A stretch of 64,000 bases of DNA from Muribaculaceae bacterium (GCA_017621845.1 JAGASI010000025.1:7619-71618), one strand, 5' to 3'; positions 47,420 through 59,364 are shown, counted from the stretch's first letter. Notes: a model not told the origin generated them from the letters alone. Numbers and translations are program-made.

Positions 47420-49168
47420 TTATTCTGCTGAGGCTGCTTTAGTGGCATTATCAATCCACTCTTGTACAACTTCAACCTTAACGGGTGTAAGTTGTAACTT
47501 GTGCTTCTTATTAAGGCCACAGATGTCTTGATGCAACTTTCCGGCAGTTGCTTTGGAAAGGGTCTCAACCGTGAGTACACCTGCCTTGGCAAGCACCGGT
47601 ACCCAGTCGGCCTCGACACCAACGGCGGTAAACGCTTGTTCAGGGTCTCGCTTGGCAACCTTCTCGGGGCGCATCTGGGGGAAGAATAATACCTCTTGTA
47701 TGGTGGTTTGTCCGGTCATAAGCATCACCAGACGGTCCATTCCTATACCCATGCCCGATGTCGGTGGCATACCGTATTCAAGAGCGCGTATAAAATCTTT
47801 GTCGATAATCATTGCCTCGTCATCGCCCTTTTCTCCTAAACGCATCTGCTCGACAAAACGTTCATATTGGTCGATAGGATCGTTAAGCTCTGAGTAGGCG
47901 TTGGCAAGTTCTTTGCCATTGACCATGAGCTCAAAACGCTCGGTAAGTTCAGGATTATTGCGGTGACGTTTGGTCAGAGGTGACATTTCGATGGGATAGT
48001 CGGTAATAAACGTTGGCTGGATATACCGGCCCTCACATTTCTCACCAAATATTTCGTCAATGAGTTTTCCTTTACCCAATGAGTCATCAACCTCAATGTC
48101 AAGTTTTTTACATACCTCACGCAACTGGTTCTCGTCCATGCCTGTAATATCAATACCTGTATACTCTTTGATGGCATCAATCATGGTCACACGCTTGAAC
48201 GGGGCCTTGAAGCTGATGACGTTATCGCCAACCTTAACCTCGGTCGAGCCATTGACCTCAAGGCATATACGCTCGAGCAGGCGCTCGGTGAAGTTCATCA
48301 TCCAGTTATAGTCTTTATAGGCGACATAAATTTCCATACACGTGAACTCGGGATTGTGGGTGCGGTCCATACCCTCGTTGCGGAAATTTTTGGAAAACTC
48401 ATATACGCCATCAAAGCCACCAACAATCAGGCGCTTGAGGTACAGCTCATCGGCGATGCGAAGATACAGGGGTATGTCGAGCGCATTATGGTGGGTGATG
48501 AACGGACGAGCCGAAGCTCCACCGGGGATAGACTGCAGTATCGGAGTCTCCACTTCCATATAACCATGCTCGTTGAAGAAGTTGCGCATCGAGTTATAAA
48601 CCTTTGTGCGCTTGATGAATATCTCTTTTACACCATCGTTGACGACCAGGTCAACATAGCGACGTCTATAACGCAACTCGGGATCATCAAATGCATCATA
48701 TGTCACGCCGTCCTTTACCTTGACTATAGGCAGTGGGCGCAGTGATTTACTGAGTACAGTGAGCTCTTGGGCATGAACTGTAATCTCTCCTGTCTGGGTA
48801 CGGAACACATAGCCTCTGATGCCCACAATGTCTCCTATATCGAGTAATTTCTTGAACACGACGTTATAAAGGTCTTTATCTTCACCGGGGCATATCTCGT
48901 CACGTGAGACATACACCTGAACACGGCCACATGAGTCTTGCAACTCGATAAATGAGGCCTTGCCCATGATGCGACGCGACATGATGCGACCGGCAATCGA
49001 CACCTCGCGCTTGGGCTCGAGGTTATCATCAAAGGTCTCTTTAATTTCTACCGTGTTGCCGGTGACGGGAAATTCAGCTGCGGGATAAGGCTCGATGCCC
49101 ATCTGGCGCATTGTCGCCAATGACCCGCGTCGTATAATCTCTTGTTCGCTCAGTTCAAGTGGATTCAT
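47420..49168 (-). CDS. lysS: Lysine-tRNA ligase with Bacteroidales C-terminal extension (DUF4332-like)
   Basis: [51 protein letters not shown]. Confidence 0.97.
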   Translation of the reverse strand: MNPLELSEQEIIRRGSLATMRQMGIEPYPAAEFPVTGNTVEIKETFDDNLEPKREVSIAGRIMSRRIMGKASFIELQDSCGRVQVYVSRDEICPGEDKDLYNVVFKKLLDIGDIVGIRGYVFRTQTGEITVHAQELTVLSKSLRPLPIVKVKDGVTYDAFDDPELRYRRRYVDLVVNDGVKEIFIKRTKVYNSMRNFFNEHGYMEVETPILQSIPGGASARPFITHHNALDIPLYLRIADELYLKRLIVGGFDGVYEFSKNFRNEGMDRTHNPEFTCMEIYVAYKDYNWMMNFTERLLERICLEVNGSTEVKVGDNVISFKAPFKRVTMIDAIKEYTGIDITGMDENQLREVCKKLDIEVDDSLGKGKLIDEIFGEKCEGRYIQPTFITDYPIEMSPLTKRHRNNPELTERFELMVNGKELANAYSELNDPIDQYERFVEQMRLGEKGDDEAMIIDKDFIRALEYGMPPTSGMGIGMDRLVMLMTGQTTIQEVLFFPQMRPEKVAKRDPEQAFTAVGVEADWVPVLAKAGVLTVETLSKATAGKLHQDICGLNKKHKLQLTPVKVEVVQEWIDNATKAASAE

Positions 49169-49255
49169 ATATGCTTATATATTTAAATGCTTATTGTTCA
49201 ATGGTGAAGCTATACATAATAGCTGGAGTAAGTGCCTATCACGGCAATTAACCCT

Positions 49256-49263
49256 CAAAGGTA
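49256..49263 (-). promoter_or_regulatory. -7 box for lysS-gpsA-pgi
   Basis: caaaggta reads TACCTTTG on the minus strand. Confidence 0.65.
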
Positions 49264-49301
49264 CAAATTTTTTCTCAACTTGTCAAGTCTATACATAATG
49301 T

Positions 49302-49336
49302 CAACGGCGTGTCCTGTTTAATGGGACACGCCGTTG
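49302..49336 (-). terminator. Terminator after secDF
   Basis: 13-bp stem caacggcgtgtcc/ggacacgccgttg. Confidence 0.75.
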
Positions 49337-49433
49337 GTAGTATTGTTGGCGGTTGGAGACCGACTTTAAAGATACTCTTGATTAAGAGTGTGTTTAAAAT
49401 TCATGCTGTATTATCACGTGGTCTCCATACAGG

Positions 49434-52373
49434 TCATGCACGTGCTTTCTTAGCGTTGCGACGGGCGTCGGTGAGGTATGCAACGGGGGATGCAATGTAG
49501 ATAGTGGCGAGTGTGCCTACTATAACACCCATAATCATTGCAAAGACAAACGAGCGGATTGAATCTCCACCGAGGATAAAGATACACAGCAATACCAACA
49601 GGGTCGAGGCCGAGGTCATGATTGTACGGCCAAGGGTTGAGTTGATAGAGCGGTTGATGGTGGTGAAGAAATCTTGTTTGGGGTAAAGACCGACATTCTC
49701 ACGCACACGGTCAAAGACTACCACGGTATCATTAATCTGATAACCGATAACGGTCAGGATTGCCGCGATAAATGTCTGGTCAATCTCCATGGCAAACGGG
49801 AATACACCCCAGAAGATTGAATAGAAGCCGATAATCGAGAAAGCAGTGAAGGCCACAGCGGCAAGCGCGCCAATCGAGAAGGCCACGTTACGGAAGCGCA
49901 ACAGGATGTACAAGAACATCGCTATCAAGGCGAGAGTAACGGCGATATATGCATCGGTGCGCATATCGTCGGCCACTGTAGGACCTACTTTTTGGGATGA
50001 CACGATGCCATGGTCGGTATCGGCCGAGTCAAATTGTTTCTCGGTCATATCCTTATCGATAAAGCCACCTTTCTTGAGTCCGTCGAACAACATCTTCTGG
50101 ATCTTGGCCTCGGTCTCGGGGGTGTCATATTGTTTCTCAATCATATAGTTGGTTGAGATACGCACCTGATTGGAGCTCTCGATAGTGATAACTGAAACTT
50201 TACCGTCAAATTGGTCAGAAAGTGCATCCTTGACTTGTACGGGATCAACCTCTTTTTCAAATTTGACAACATAGTTGCGACCACCCGAGAAGTCGATGCC
50301 GGGGTTAAGGCTCTTGGTGAAGAGTGATACGGCAAATGCGGCTACAAGCAGTGCAGCGATGGTGAAAGTCACCTTACGTTGACCAAGGAAGTTAATCTTG
50401 GCGTCGGTAAACATCTTGCGGGAAACAGCGGTTGTGAAAGTCAGGTTCTGCATTGCCTTGGTCTTGCCAAACCAGATAAAGAACAGACGGCTCAGATATA
50501 CTGCTGTAAAGAACGAGCATACGATACCGATGATAAGGGTGGTAGCGAAACCCTGGATAGGACCGGTACCAAACTTCAAGAGTATCAGACCGGTGATGAT
50601 TGATGTCAGGTTGGAGTCAAAGATGGCCGAGAAAGCGTTGCTGTAACCGTCGGCAATAGCCTGACGTGAATTCTTTCCGGCACGGAGTTCTTCCTTGGCA
50701 CGCTCAAAGATAAGCACGTTGGCATCCACTGCCATACCTAACGACAGCACGATACCGGCAATACCAGACATTGTAAGCACTGCCTGGAATGAGGCAAGAA
50801 TACCAAAGGTAAAGAATAGATTGAATACCAAGCACAGGTTGGCTATCATGCCGGGAATGACTCCATAGAACACACACATGAAAATCATCAACAGCACGAG
50901 AGCTACAACAAACGATATCATACCATCGTTGATAGCCTGTTGACCCAGCGACGGACCAATAACCAAGTCAGACACCACGTTGAGCTTGGCGTTCATCTTG
51001 CCGGCCTTAAGCACATTGGCAAGGTCCTTGGCCTCTTCAACAGTGAACTCTCCGGTAATTGATGAGCGTCCACCGTCAATCTTACCATTGACGTTGGGTG
51101 CCGAGTATACTTGGTCGTCAAGGACGATGGCGATAGCCTCTCCAACGTGGTCGCCGGTGATGCGTGACCACTTGGAAGCTCCCTCTGAGTTCATGGTCAT
51201 GGATACTTCCTGACCACGGAAGCCTTGCTGGTCGTAGTCGGCTGATGCGTCAACCACTACATCTCCACCGAGAGCGGCTTGGCCGTTCTGGAGCTTAAGT
51301 GCATAGAGAGCATATCCGAGCTCGGTTGTCTTGGCGTTCTCGCCCTCGCCCTCAGTGCGGGTTTCAGGTTTCACGCCCCAGCGCAATACCAGATCGGGGT
51401 GCTGGATTTGGGTTTTATAACGTGTGAACAGTGAGTCGAGATCTTTGGTCTCTTTGGCTGTGGGAACATAGCCAAGTACAACATAGTTGGGGTTGATTTG
51501 AGAAGCCGAAGCCATCAACTTGCCCATGACACCGACAGCGGGATCTTTAGCGGCCTGGGCTGCTTGCATGACATTGGCGAGATCGCTCTGCACCTCGGCT
51601 GCACGGTAGGTCAGATAAAACTCAAGGTTGGCCGAGCGTTGCAACAGGTCTCGAACACGTTGGTGATCCTTAACACCGGGAAGTTCAAGAAGTACTTGAC
51701 CTACCTTACCCTCAAGTACCTGAATATTGGGTGATACCACACCAAACTGGTCGATACGTTTTCTCAAGGTCTGTGTTGCCGAGGTCTCGGTGACATCTTT
51801 AATCGCGGCCTTGAGGCTCTCAGCTGCCTCAGCGTCACTATTTTTCTTTACCACATTGGGGAAGATTACGGTAAGGTCGCCGGTAGAGTTGACTTTACGA
51901 TACTCTTGTATGAAATGTACAACATAGTCACCGTTAGGTGTATCTTTAATATATTCCTCGGTAGCTGTTATTGCTTTGTCAAGCTTCTCGTCGTTCTTGA
52001 CCGAAGCGAGCTGACGTATCATGTCGGCCATGTCTACCTGCAAGGTGACACTCATACCACCCTTAAGGTCAAGACCGAGGTTTACGCCCCATTTACGTAT
52101 TTCCTGGAGTGTGTATCCAAGATAAACTTTTTCGTTGGCCAACGAGTCCATATAATATTTATAGGCATCGTTGTAAGCCTGGTCGGCATTGAAGCCGGCC
52201 GACTTGACATTAGCAGCCTTCTGTACATTAACCTGGGTCTTGGCATATTCGTCAGCCTGGGTCTCATACTTGTCATTGACAAACGTGAATGATAAGTAGA
52301 AGCTACATACCAGAATAAGGAATATGGCAATCACTCCGGCCAGGATGCTGCCTAATTTTCCATTGCTTTGCAT
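49434..52373 (-). CDS. secDF: Fused protein translocase subunit SecDF
   Basis: LGLDLKGGM, RIDQFGV, AIVLDDQVYSAP, GMAVDANVLIFER, GIDFSGG, NDTVVVFDRVRE. Confidence 0.97.
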   Translation of the reverse strand: MQSNGKLGSILAGVIAIFLILVCSFYLSFTFVNDKYETQADEYAKTQVNVQKAANVKSAGFNADQAYNDAYKYYMDSLANEKVYLGYTLQEIRKWGVNLGLDLKGGMSVTLQVDMADMIRQLASVKNDEKLDKAITATEEYIKDTPNGDYVVHFIQEYRKVNSTGDLTVIFPNVVKKNSDAEAAESLKAAIKDVTETSATQTLRKRIDQFGVVSPNIQVLEGKVGQVLLELPGVKDHQRVRDLLQRSANLEFYLTYRAAEVQSDLANVMQAAQAAKDPAVGVMGKLMASASQINPNYVVLGYVPTAKETKDLDSLFTRYKTQIQHPDLVLRWGVKPETRTEGEGENAKTTELGYALYALKLQNGQAALGGDVVVDASADYDQQGFRGQEVSMTMNSEGASKWSRITGDHVGEAIAIVLDDQVYSAPNVNGKIDGGRSSITGEFTVEEAKDLANVLKAGKMNAKLNVVSDLVIGPSLGQQAINDGMISFVVALVLLMIFMCVFYGVIPGMIANLCLVFNLFFTFGILASFQAVLTMSGIAGIVLSLGMAVDANVLIFERAKEELRAGKNSRQAIADGYSNAFSAIFDSNLTSIITGLILLKFGTGPIQGFATTLIIGIVCSFFTAVYLSRLFFIWFGKTKAMQNLTFTTAVSRKMFTDAKINFLGQRKVTFTIAALLVAAFAVSLFTKSLNPGIDFSGGRNYVVKFEKEVDPVQVKDALSDQFDGKVSVITIESSNQVRISTNYMIEKQYDTPETEAKIQKMLFDGLKKGGFIDKDMTEKQFDSADTDHGIVSSQKVGPTVADDMRTDAYIAVTLALIAMFLYILLRFRNVAFSIGALAAVAFTAFSIIGFYSIFWGVFPFAMEIDQTFIAAILTVIGYQINDTVVVFDRVRENVGLYPKQDFFTTINRSINSTLGRTIMTSASTLLVLLCIFILGGDSIRSFVFAMIMGVIVGTLATIYIASPVAYLTDARRNAKKARA

Positions 52374-52428
52374 GTTTAGATGTATGTTAAAATTAGTTAA
52401 TTATTATTTTCGGATAGATTTCAGCGTG

Positions 52429-52436
52429 CAAATATA
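52429..52436 (-). promoter_or_regulatory. -7 box for secDF
   Basis: caaatata reads TATATTTG on the minus strand. Confidence 0.6.
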
Positions 52437-52638
52437 CAATTAATTTTTCTTAAACACCACGTCTCGGCCCATTTTTAGTGGTTTTTAGGGATAAGAGTCT
52501 CTATTTTTTCATCAATAGCATCGAATATCGCGAGAGAATAAGGCAATAAACACAAGCTGAGGACGAGCAACTGTGCCTCGAACCTTGGGTCGAAACCTTG
52601 GTGAAGCGTAGCGACACCGTGATATTTCAATAGCTTTA

Positions 52639-54399
52639 TCAGAATTTATAATTGACACCTACCAACCCGTTTATTCTCTGCGAGGCAACAAGCGAGATGT
52701 CAATATGACGACGACACAGCAGGTTGCCTACCCTACCGAACACACTCAACTCGGGACTGAAGCTATATCTACCTTCAACAGAGAGGTCGGCGATATTTCC
52801 AAGGGTCATATAATCATTGGCCTCATACCAGGCAATAGGCAACACGTCGGTAGACGCGGAGGTGAGTATCCACGAACGGCGAGAAGTGGCGAGCTTATAG
52901 GCCAACGTTACTTCAAGAGCACTGACAGGACGAGCCGTCACCGAGGCATCAAGATGATACTTGGCACGATCGGCCCACAGATAATATCCTTTATCGTAGT
53001 CGCCATGACTTGCTCCCTCGACACCCAAGCTGGCTGTCACCTTATCCTGCCAGTCATAACTCAATTTAACTCCATAATGAGCGCCTCTCATGTCTGTGGC
53101 TCGATAGAGTGCCGTTCCATCAACGATATATGGCATCAGAGCATTATTGACCACGGCATATCCTCCAAACAATTCAGCGCTAAATCCATTCCACGGACCA
53201 ATATTGATACCGGCATCGGCGATAACCGGAGCATAGGTCGAGGTGTAGGAGTAAACCGATGGCATCCATGGTGACTGATGGTATAGTTCATTGAACCGCG
53301 TAGGTGCATCACCGCCTCCGGCCTTAATCCATAGCGAGAACGCTGAGGCCGGAGCCCAGTCCCAACGCACGGCCGGTGACAGATGTATGTGGTTGTCGGG
53401 ATCATTCACAACCCACGCCACATTCAGACCAAGTTGCAATCCCCATTTTTCACGGTTGATTTTATAGGATGGAGTCAACATTATGATACCGGTCGACAAA
53501 CTACCCTCGCCTAAAAGCGCATTATAGCTGTCGGTAGCTCCATTGAGCGATGGTGCCGGCAACAGAGTGGCCCGGTGGTTGAGATTGGCAACAGAGGCAT
53601 CCAACGCTATATTGAAATTGGAGAATGTCACATCTCCTGTCAAGGCAATAACCGACTGTTTAATCGGCTTGAACTTTTCTTGGGGACTAAGTCCGGCCAC
53701 AGGTATAATCTGTTTTTTGCCATAGCCGAGATAATCCAAGTCAAAACCAACATTCCATGACACTCTACCTGTATTATGGTATCCTATCGTCAGGTCAACG
53801 ATGTTAGCACTCTGACCTTGAGTTTTTAACAGTGCCGCCAACGGAGTGGTGGTTGCCCCATAGGAGTAGGACATAGACATATCGATGGCATTGGTCTTGT
53901 TGAAACGATGTCCTGCGTCAAAGCCTACTGTAGCCAAGTGGAGTGCCGCTGTCAATGACTTGTCATCACCATCGGGCAACAAGGTTCTGAACCCATGATG
54001 AGACTCACCGTCATACTGCAAGAACACCCCCAGGCGAGTGTCACGACTTGACAACAGGCTATAGCCAGCCGACACGCCGAGATTATAAGTCGGGAAATAA
54101 CCAGCTGATACATAACCCTTATATGGTGACACATCAAATGTATCGGCATAAGCTGCGGGCTCAAGTCGAGTAAGTGTCCGTGTCAATGTACCACGGCCGG
54201 AATATTCGGCACTTTTAAGGGGTGTGAGCCTTAACTTTGGGACATAAGGGGTCGGGGTCACACCCGACATACGCGTAGCCATGCGTGTCGCAGGCTCAAT
54301 TTCGCGATCTACCGTAACCTCTCGCTGGAGATCCTGGGCTTGGGCGCCGAAAGCACTCAGGGCCACGGCACACACATATATATATCGTGATGACTTCAT
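52639..54399 (-). CDS. Outer-membrane beta-barrel protein (commonly annotated TonB-dependent-receptor-like)
   Basis: Signal peptide with Gln at +1 (AQA-QDLQ), amphipathic beta pattern, C-terminal ...LVGVNYKF. Located 8 nt downstream of the TPR gene. Confidence 0.75.
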   Translation of the reverse strand: MKSSRYIYVCAVALSAFGAQAQDLQREVTVDREIEPATRMATRMSGVTPTPYVPKLRLTPLKSAEYSGRGTLTRTLTRLEPAAYADTFDVSPYKGYVSAGYFPTYNLGVSAGYSLLSSRDTRLGVFLQYDGESHHGFRTLLPDGDDKSLTAALHLATVGFDAGHRFNKTNAIDMSMSYSYGATTTPLAALLKTQGQSANIVDLTIGYHNTGRVSWNVGFDLDYLGYGKKQIIPVAGLSPQEKFKPIKQSVIALTGDVTFSNFNIALDASVANLNHRATLLPAPSLNGATDSYNALLGEGSLSTGIIMLTPSYKINREKWGLQLGLNVAWVVNDPDNHIHLSPAVRWDWAPASAFSLWIKAGGGDAPTRFNELYHQSPWMPSVYSYTSTYAPVIADAGINIGPWNGFSAELFGGYAVVNNALMPYIVDGTALYRATDMRGAHYGVKLSYDWQDKVTASLGVEGASHGDYDKGYYLWADRAKYHLDASVTARPVSALEVTLAYKLATSRRSWILTSASTDVLPIAWYEANDYMTLGNIADLSVEGRYSFSPELSVFGRVGNLLCRRHIDISLVASQRINGLVGVNYKF

Positions 54400-54407
54400 A
54401 ATATTTT

Positions 54408-57400
54408 CTATTTTGTAGACAGACGTTCTTCAATCATGGTGAATATATCGGTCTCTGTTCCGGGATAATTGGTTTTCAATGCCTTAAGGAATGCATCAGC
54501 CTCATAGGTATTACCTTGGGCTCGCGATATATCGCTAAGAACGATAAATCCACGCGCCAGCCAATAGGTCTGGGATGTCCCGCTATTTACAAATTTCTGG
54601 GCCACTTTTCGCCCCTCGGCAAGTTGCTTGTCATCAAGAAGGCTTTGGGCCAGGAACACCGAGGCACGGGCACCATAGGCATCTTCGTGGAGAGATGTTA
54701 TTGATGACCATTCCTGACGGGCGCCGGCGTTATCGCCACGAGACTGCAATGCCAAGCCCCGGGTAAAGGTAGCCTCAGTACGATCGTTCTGTTCGGCGGT
54801 AGCCGATGCCAATACTTCATTGGCTCGGGTCATCATCTCATCGGTATCACCCAAGTCACGCGCGATTCTCATAAGGCCCAGGCGAGCCATATCGGCATTT
54901 GAAGCTGTTGAGGCACGGCGGGCAAGTTCGTTCCAGGAATCACGAGCATCAGCCGACAGACCACGGTCATATTCGATATCGGCCTTGATTGCCAAGGCGT
55001 CTTCAACAACCGCATTATCAGGCCAGCCTTCAACTATACGTGTGGCATATCCCAAAGCCGCATCATCATCGCCCTGTTGGTCGGCATAATCCATGAGGTA
55101 GGCGAGGGCTCTTACCATGGCTTTACCTTGGGGATAATCCTGAACATATTTTTTCATCAAGGCAATATTGTCTTTTTCAAGCCAAGCCTGTTCGGCGGCA
55201 TCAAAGCTTATACGGTCGGCTTCAGTTGTGTCCACCTTAGGTGCATCAGCCTGGGAATTGGCCCATGTCATGAGCTCGTCCATAGTGCCGGCGGCAGCAG
55301 CACGTCGCTTGAGGATTTCAAGAGCCTGTGCAGCCTCGTCACTCGTGGGATAGGTAGTGATGACGCGACGATAGGTCTTGTTGGCATTTCCCTCCTGACC
55401 AAGTTGCTCCTGCACCATGGCAAGCTGTATCATCGCCTGGCGCCCCTGGGCAGTCGAGCCATACTTGGAGATTATATTGTTAAGTGTGGTGACAGCCTTG
55501 TCGGGATTATCCAATCTCAGATAGCTCTCGACACTCTCAAGCATGGCCTCGGGTACTAATGCCGAATTGGGATACTTCTCGGTAAGTGAAGTCATCTTGG
55601 ACAACTTCCCGCTGAAGTCTCCCTGATAACCGTCAATCACACCCTGTTGAAAAAGCACATAGTCACTGACAGCAGGATTTTTCTCAGCGGCATGGGTATA
55701 TGCTTCTTGGGCCCCGGTCCAGTTTTTACTATAAAAACGACAGTCGCCAAGTCGGTTATAAGCATCGGCGATAACATCATCTGACAATTTTCCGGGGTGT
55801 TTGATAAGCCGTTCAAAGTTTGTCGCGCCCTTGCTCCAGTCTTTCTGTCCCATACGGGCATATCCGAGGTCATACAACGCGACAGCACGGTTGGGATCAT
55901 TCTCGGATGTTGCCTCAAGGTAATCGAGCAGATGTTTGACGGCCTTGTCGTTTTGTCCGTCACGCACATAGGCTTCACCCAATGCCAGACGGTTGTATCG
56001 TGCCACCTCACTATTGTGAGCACTCAGTGCATCCGCTTGTTCAAGTGACTTGATAGCTTGTTTGACTCGACCGCCCTCAAGGTCTCGGCTACCAACAGCA
56101 TAGAGCACCTGTTGCTTGGCAACAAGTATCTTATTGGTAGGATTTTGGATACGATTGATAGCTGTTAACGCGGCATCATAATTGCGATCGGTCATATAAC
56201 CTTCTACCAGATATCCGCGCACATCGTCGGCATAGGTGCTGTTGGGATAAAGCCTCAGGAATTCCTCAAACGTGTTGACCGAAGACCCAAAGGGAACGCT
56301 TCCACCCATATACCGTGCCACAGCATAGTTATAGTAGGCATTCTCACGTGCCTTGGGATCATAATCAAGTTTCAATGCGTTGTCAAAAGCCATGATGGCG
56401 GCATCTTTTTCGCCAAGCTTCAACATTGCCTGTCCGACATATACCAACGCGTTCTGGCCCATCGATGACTCTTGGGAGGTCACCGCATTGAGCGTATTGG
56501 CGGCATCCTGGTACAGGCCCTGCTGATATTCGCTCAATCCAAGGATATAAAGAGAGGAGAGCTCGGGAGTTTCAACAGCCTTGACATATTTTTTAAGATA
56601 GGGTATAGCCTCACCGGCATTGTCCGTGAGATATAACGACTCGCCGGCCAGACGGTTGGCCTCGGCCTGGAACATAGGGTCTATACCCGACCGGCTGAGC
56701 AGACGCCGTGTCATAGCCAATGTCTTATTATATTCACCACGACTATAATAAATCTGAGCTAAGTAATAGTCAGACATATTACCCGGAGCCTCGTTGGTAT
56801 TTACCTTGCTGAACAGACTGATGGCCTTGTCATAGTCTTTCTTGACATAAGCTACATACCCTTGATAGAACACTGCAGCCTGACCATAACGGGAAGTATT
56901 TTCGAGTTGATCGAAGATTGCCAATGCCTTGTCATATTCGCCCAACTTGAGATAACAATACGCCGTACGGTAATTCAAGTCGAGACGGCGCGAAGCATTA
57001 AGCGCCTCGGGATTGACCTTGAGATATTGGGCCAACGCCTCGGCATAATTCTCGGTAAACAAGCAATCACCAAGATACATACGCGCATCCTCTCGTTGTA
57101 TCGAAGCCGGATAGGCCGCTAAAAAATCAACAAACATTTCACGAGCCTCATCATGATGACCGAGGTTGAACGCCGACAGAGCCCTATACCACCGGGACCG
57201 TTCCTGCTGCTCACGGGTGAGACCCGCATTTTCAGCCAACGTCAATTGGTCGATACAACCACGATAATTGGCATCCTGATACATCCCTACCGCACGTGAA
57301 AGATAATCACCGGGCTTGGCACCATTATTATCGGCAACAGCCGAGGCCACGGCACTCATCATCAATGCCGTCACCACTACGCGGGCTCCATGCCCTATAT

Positions 57401-57446
57401 TGCGATTGGTTCCTTTAGCCATTCTACAATATTCTTTTTTGTTCAT
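54408..57446 (-). CDS. Large periplasmic tetratricopeptide-repeat protein
   Basis: More than 15 TPR-like units (e.g. YRTAYCYLKLGEYDKAL, AYNRLGDCRFY, YPNSALVPEAM) and a signal peptide. Confidence 0.9.
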   Translation of the reverse strand: MNKKEYCRMAKGTNRNIGHGARVVVTALMMSAVASAVADNNGAKPGDYLSRAVGMYQDANYRGCIDQLTLAENAGLTREQQERSRWYRALSAFNLGHHDEAREMFVDFLAAYPASIQREDARMYLGDCLFTENYAEALAQYLKVNPEALNASRRLDLNYRTAYCYLKLGEYDKALAIFDQLENTSRYGQAAVFYQGYVAYVKKDYDKAISLFSKVNTNEAPGNMSDYYLAQIYYSRGEYNKTLAMTRRLLSRSGIDPMFQAEANRLAGESLYLTDNAGEAIPYLKKYVKAVETPELSSLYILGLSEYQQGLYQDAANTLNAVTSQESSMGQNALVYVGQAMLKLGEKDAAIMAFDNALKLDYDPKARENAYYNYAVARYMGGSVPFGSSVNTFEEFLRLYPNSTYADDVRGYLVEGYMTDRNYDAALTAINRIQNPTNKILVAKQQVLYAVGSRDLEGGRVKQAIKSLEQADALSAHNSEVARYNRLALGEAYVRDGQNDKAVKHLLDYLEATSENDPNRAVALYDLGYARMGQKDWSKGATNFERLIKHPGKLSDDVIADAYNRLGDCRFYSKNWTGAQEAYTHAAEKNPAVSDYVLFQQGVIDGYQGDFSGKLSKMTSLTEKYPNSALVPEAMLESVESYLRLDNPDKAVTTLNNIISKYGSTAQGRQAMIQLAMVQEQLGQEGNANKTYRRVITTYPTSDEAAQALEILKRRAAAAGTMDELMTWANSQADAPKVDTTEADRISFDAAEQAWLEKDNIALMKKYVQDYPQGKAMVRALAYLMDYADQQGDDDAALGYATRIVEGWPDNAVVEDALAIKADIEYDRGLSADARDSWNELARRASTASNADMARLGLMRIARDLGDTDEMMTRANEVLASATAEQNDRTEATFTRGLALQSRGDNAGARQEWSSITSLHEDAYGARASVFLAQSLLDDKQLAEGRKVAQKFVNSGTSQTYWLARGFIVLSDISRAQGNTYEADAFLKALKTNYPGTETDIFTMIEERLSTK

Positions 57447-57557
57447 AAAACTATTTTAGAGAGAAAATTCTTTATTTTAAGGACCATAACGTCTTTAATA
57501 TTATTGTTTCAAACCCATAAGCTCTAAAGCCGGAGCCCAATCATCCACAATAACTCA

Positions 57558-57565
57558 CAAAGGTA
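57558..57565 (-). promoter_or_regulatory. -7 box for the TPR-OMP operon
   Basis: caaaggta reads TACCTTTG on the minus strand. Confidence 0.6.
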
Positions 57566-57783
57566 AGAAATTCCCCCGATATTCCACCACCCCACCCCTC
57601 ACCTTTTTCCATAACAAACATCCAGGTCATCCACACTACGACATCCACAGCACACAGTAACCATCTGAATTAAGACGCCTCTTGGTAATAAAGAATCTCG
57701 GTAGTTAATCTTGAGATTATTCGATGTTAAAAAAAGACTTATTTCAGATGGTTACGCTACACCTCTGACAATCCCATAAGTGA

Positions 57784-57825
57784 CGCGTGCCTGACATCCC
57801 TCGTGATTAGGATGTCAGGCACGCG
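57784..57825 (-). terminator. Terminator of the alpha operon
   Basis: 16-bp stem cgcgtgcctgacatcc/ggatgtcaggcacgcg 30 nt after the rplQ stop. Confidence 0.8.
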
Positions 57826-57854
57826 CCTATAGGTATGATAACCGCTCGCGGTTA

Positions 57855-58343
57855 TTATTCAGCTTTGGATTCCTCAGCCTTGGGGGCCTCGGCGGCAGGA
57901 AGTTCAGCCTCGGCTTTGGGGGTAGCTTTGCGGCGTGAACGACGTGTCTTAGTCTTAGCCTCTTTCTTGTCACCGAGCATAGCCTCGTTGTAGTCTACGA
58001 GCTCGATAAAGCAAGTTTTGGCGTTATCACCAAGACGGTTGCCGGTCTTGAGAATACGTGTGTAACCACCGGGACGGTCGGCGATTTTTTGAGCTACATC
58101 ATTGAAAAGTTCTTTGATGGCCTCTTTGTTCTGGAGATAAGAGAAGACCAGACGGCGGTTGGCCATGGTGTCTTCTTTGGCGCGGTTGATCAGGGGCTCA
58201 GCGTATACGCGGAGGGCTTTAGCCTTGGCCAGGGTCGTGAAAATGCGTTTGTGCATGATCAGCGAGACGGTCATGTTGGCGAGCAACGCGTCGCGGTGAG
58301 CTTTGGTGCGACCCAGGTGATTAAATTTTTTATTATGTCTCAT
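57855..58343 (-). CDS. rplQ: 50S ribosomal protein L17
   Basis: [24 protein letters not shown], Lys/Ala/Glu-rich tail. Confidence 0.98.
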   Translation of the reverse strand: MRHNKKFNHLGRTKAHRDALLANMTVSLIMHKRIFTTLAKAKALRVYAEPLINRAKEDTMANRRLVFSYLQNKEAIKELFNDVAQKIADRPGGYTRILKTGNRLGDNAKTCFIELVDYNEAMLGDKKEAKTKTRRSRRKATPKAEAELPAAEAPKAEESKAE

Positions 58344-58348
58344 CGTTG

Positions 58349-59341
58349 TTACTCTTTATCTAATTTGTATTTTGAAATATCCATTCCGAACGAAAGGTTC
58401 AGGCTCGAGAGGAACTCGTCGAGTTCTGTAAGGGATTTTTTACCAAAGTTACGGAATTTAAGGAGGTCATTTTTATTGAATTGCACGAGCTCGCCGAGAG
58501 TCTCGACTTCGGCACTTTTCAAGCAGTTGAGAGCGCGCACCGAAAGGTCCATGTCAACCAATTTGGACTTAAGGAGTTGACGCATATGAAGTACTTCTTC
58601 ATCAAACTCTTCATTCTCAGCCGTGTCAATGGCCTCATGTGTAATCTTCTCGTCTGAGAAGAGCATGAAGTGGTGGATAAGAATGTGAGCGGCGTCCTTA
58701 AGCGCGTCCTTGGGATGGATGGAGCCGTTGGTTGTAATTTCAATAATCAGCTTGTCGTAGTCGGTTTTCTGGTCTACACGGAAGTTTTCAATCGTGTATT
58801 TGACATTTTTGATAGGGGTGTAGATTGAGTCGATGGCGAGGATGTTGACATCATCGGTAGGGACATCATTTTCCTCGGCCGGGACCCAACCGCGACCTTT
58901 GTTGATAGTCAGTGCGATTGTAAAACTTGCCTCAGAATCCAAGTGACAGATGACGAGGTCGGGATTGAGAACTTCAAACCCGGTGAGAGCCTTGCCAATG
59001 TCGCCGGCCGTGAACTCCCGGGTGCCCGACACGGTGATGGTAGCCTTTTCTGAATCGGTATCTTCGACAATTTTTTTGAGGTCAACCTTTTTAAGGTTAA
59101 GGATGATATTGGTGACATCTTCCTTAACACCGGGGATGGTATCAAACTCGTGTTTCACGCCATCGATACGTATCGATGAGATGGCATAGCCCTCAAGAGA
59201 CGAGAGCAATACACGACGCAGGGCGTTGCCCACGGTGATGCCATAGCCCGGTTCCAAAGGTTTGAACTCGAATTTGCCGTAGAAGTTGTTGGCTTCCAAC
59301 ATGAGCACTTTGTCGGGTTTTTGGAATGTTAATATAGCCAT
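58349..59341 (-). CDS. rpoA: RNA polymerase alpha subunit
   Basis: [48 protein letters not shown]. Confidence 0.99.
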   Translation of the reverse strand: MAILTFQKPDKVLMLEANNFYGKFEFKPLEPGYGITVGNALRRVLLSSLEGYAISSIRIDGVKHEFDTIPGVKEDVTNIILNLKKVDLKKIVEDTDSEKATITVSGTREFTAGDIGKALTGFEVLNPDLVICHLDSEASFTIALTINKGRGWVPAEENDVPTDDVNILAIDSIYTPIKNVKYTIENFRVDQKTDYDKLIIEITTNGSIHPKDALKDAAHILIHHFMLFSDEKITHEAIDTAENEEFDEEVLHMRQLLKSKLVDMDLSVRALNCLKSAEVETLGELVQFNKNDLLKFRNFGKKSLTELDEFLSSLNLSFGMDISKYKLDKE

Positions 59342-59364
59342 GGATCTGGTTGTTTATTAGTTTA

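Noticed and set aside
47386-47658. Long N-terminal extension of gpsA in the ORF track
   Set aside because: It overlaps the lysS 3' end in another frame. The Rossmann motif begins right after ATG 47385.
52560-52625. GGTTCGA-like T-loop motifs and tandem ccaaggtt(t)cga after the OMP gene
   Set aside because: No acceptor, D or anticodon arms can be built, so it is not a tRNA. At most it is a REP-like remnant that I cannot verify.
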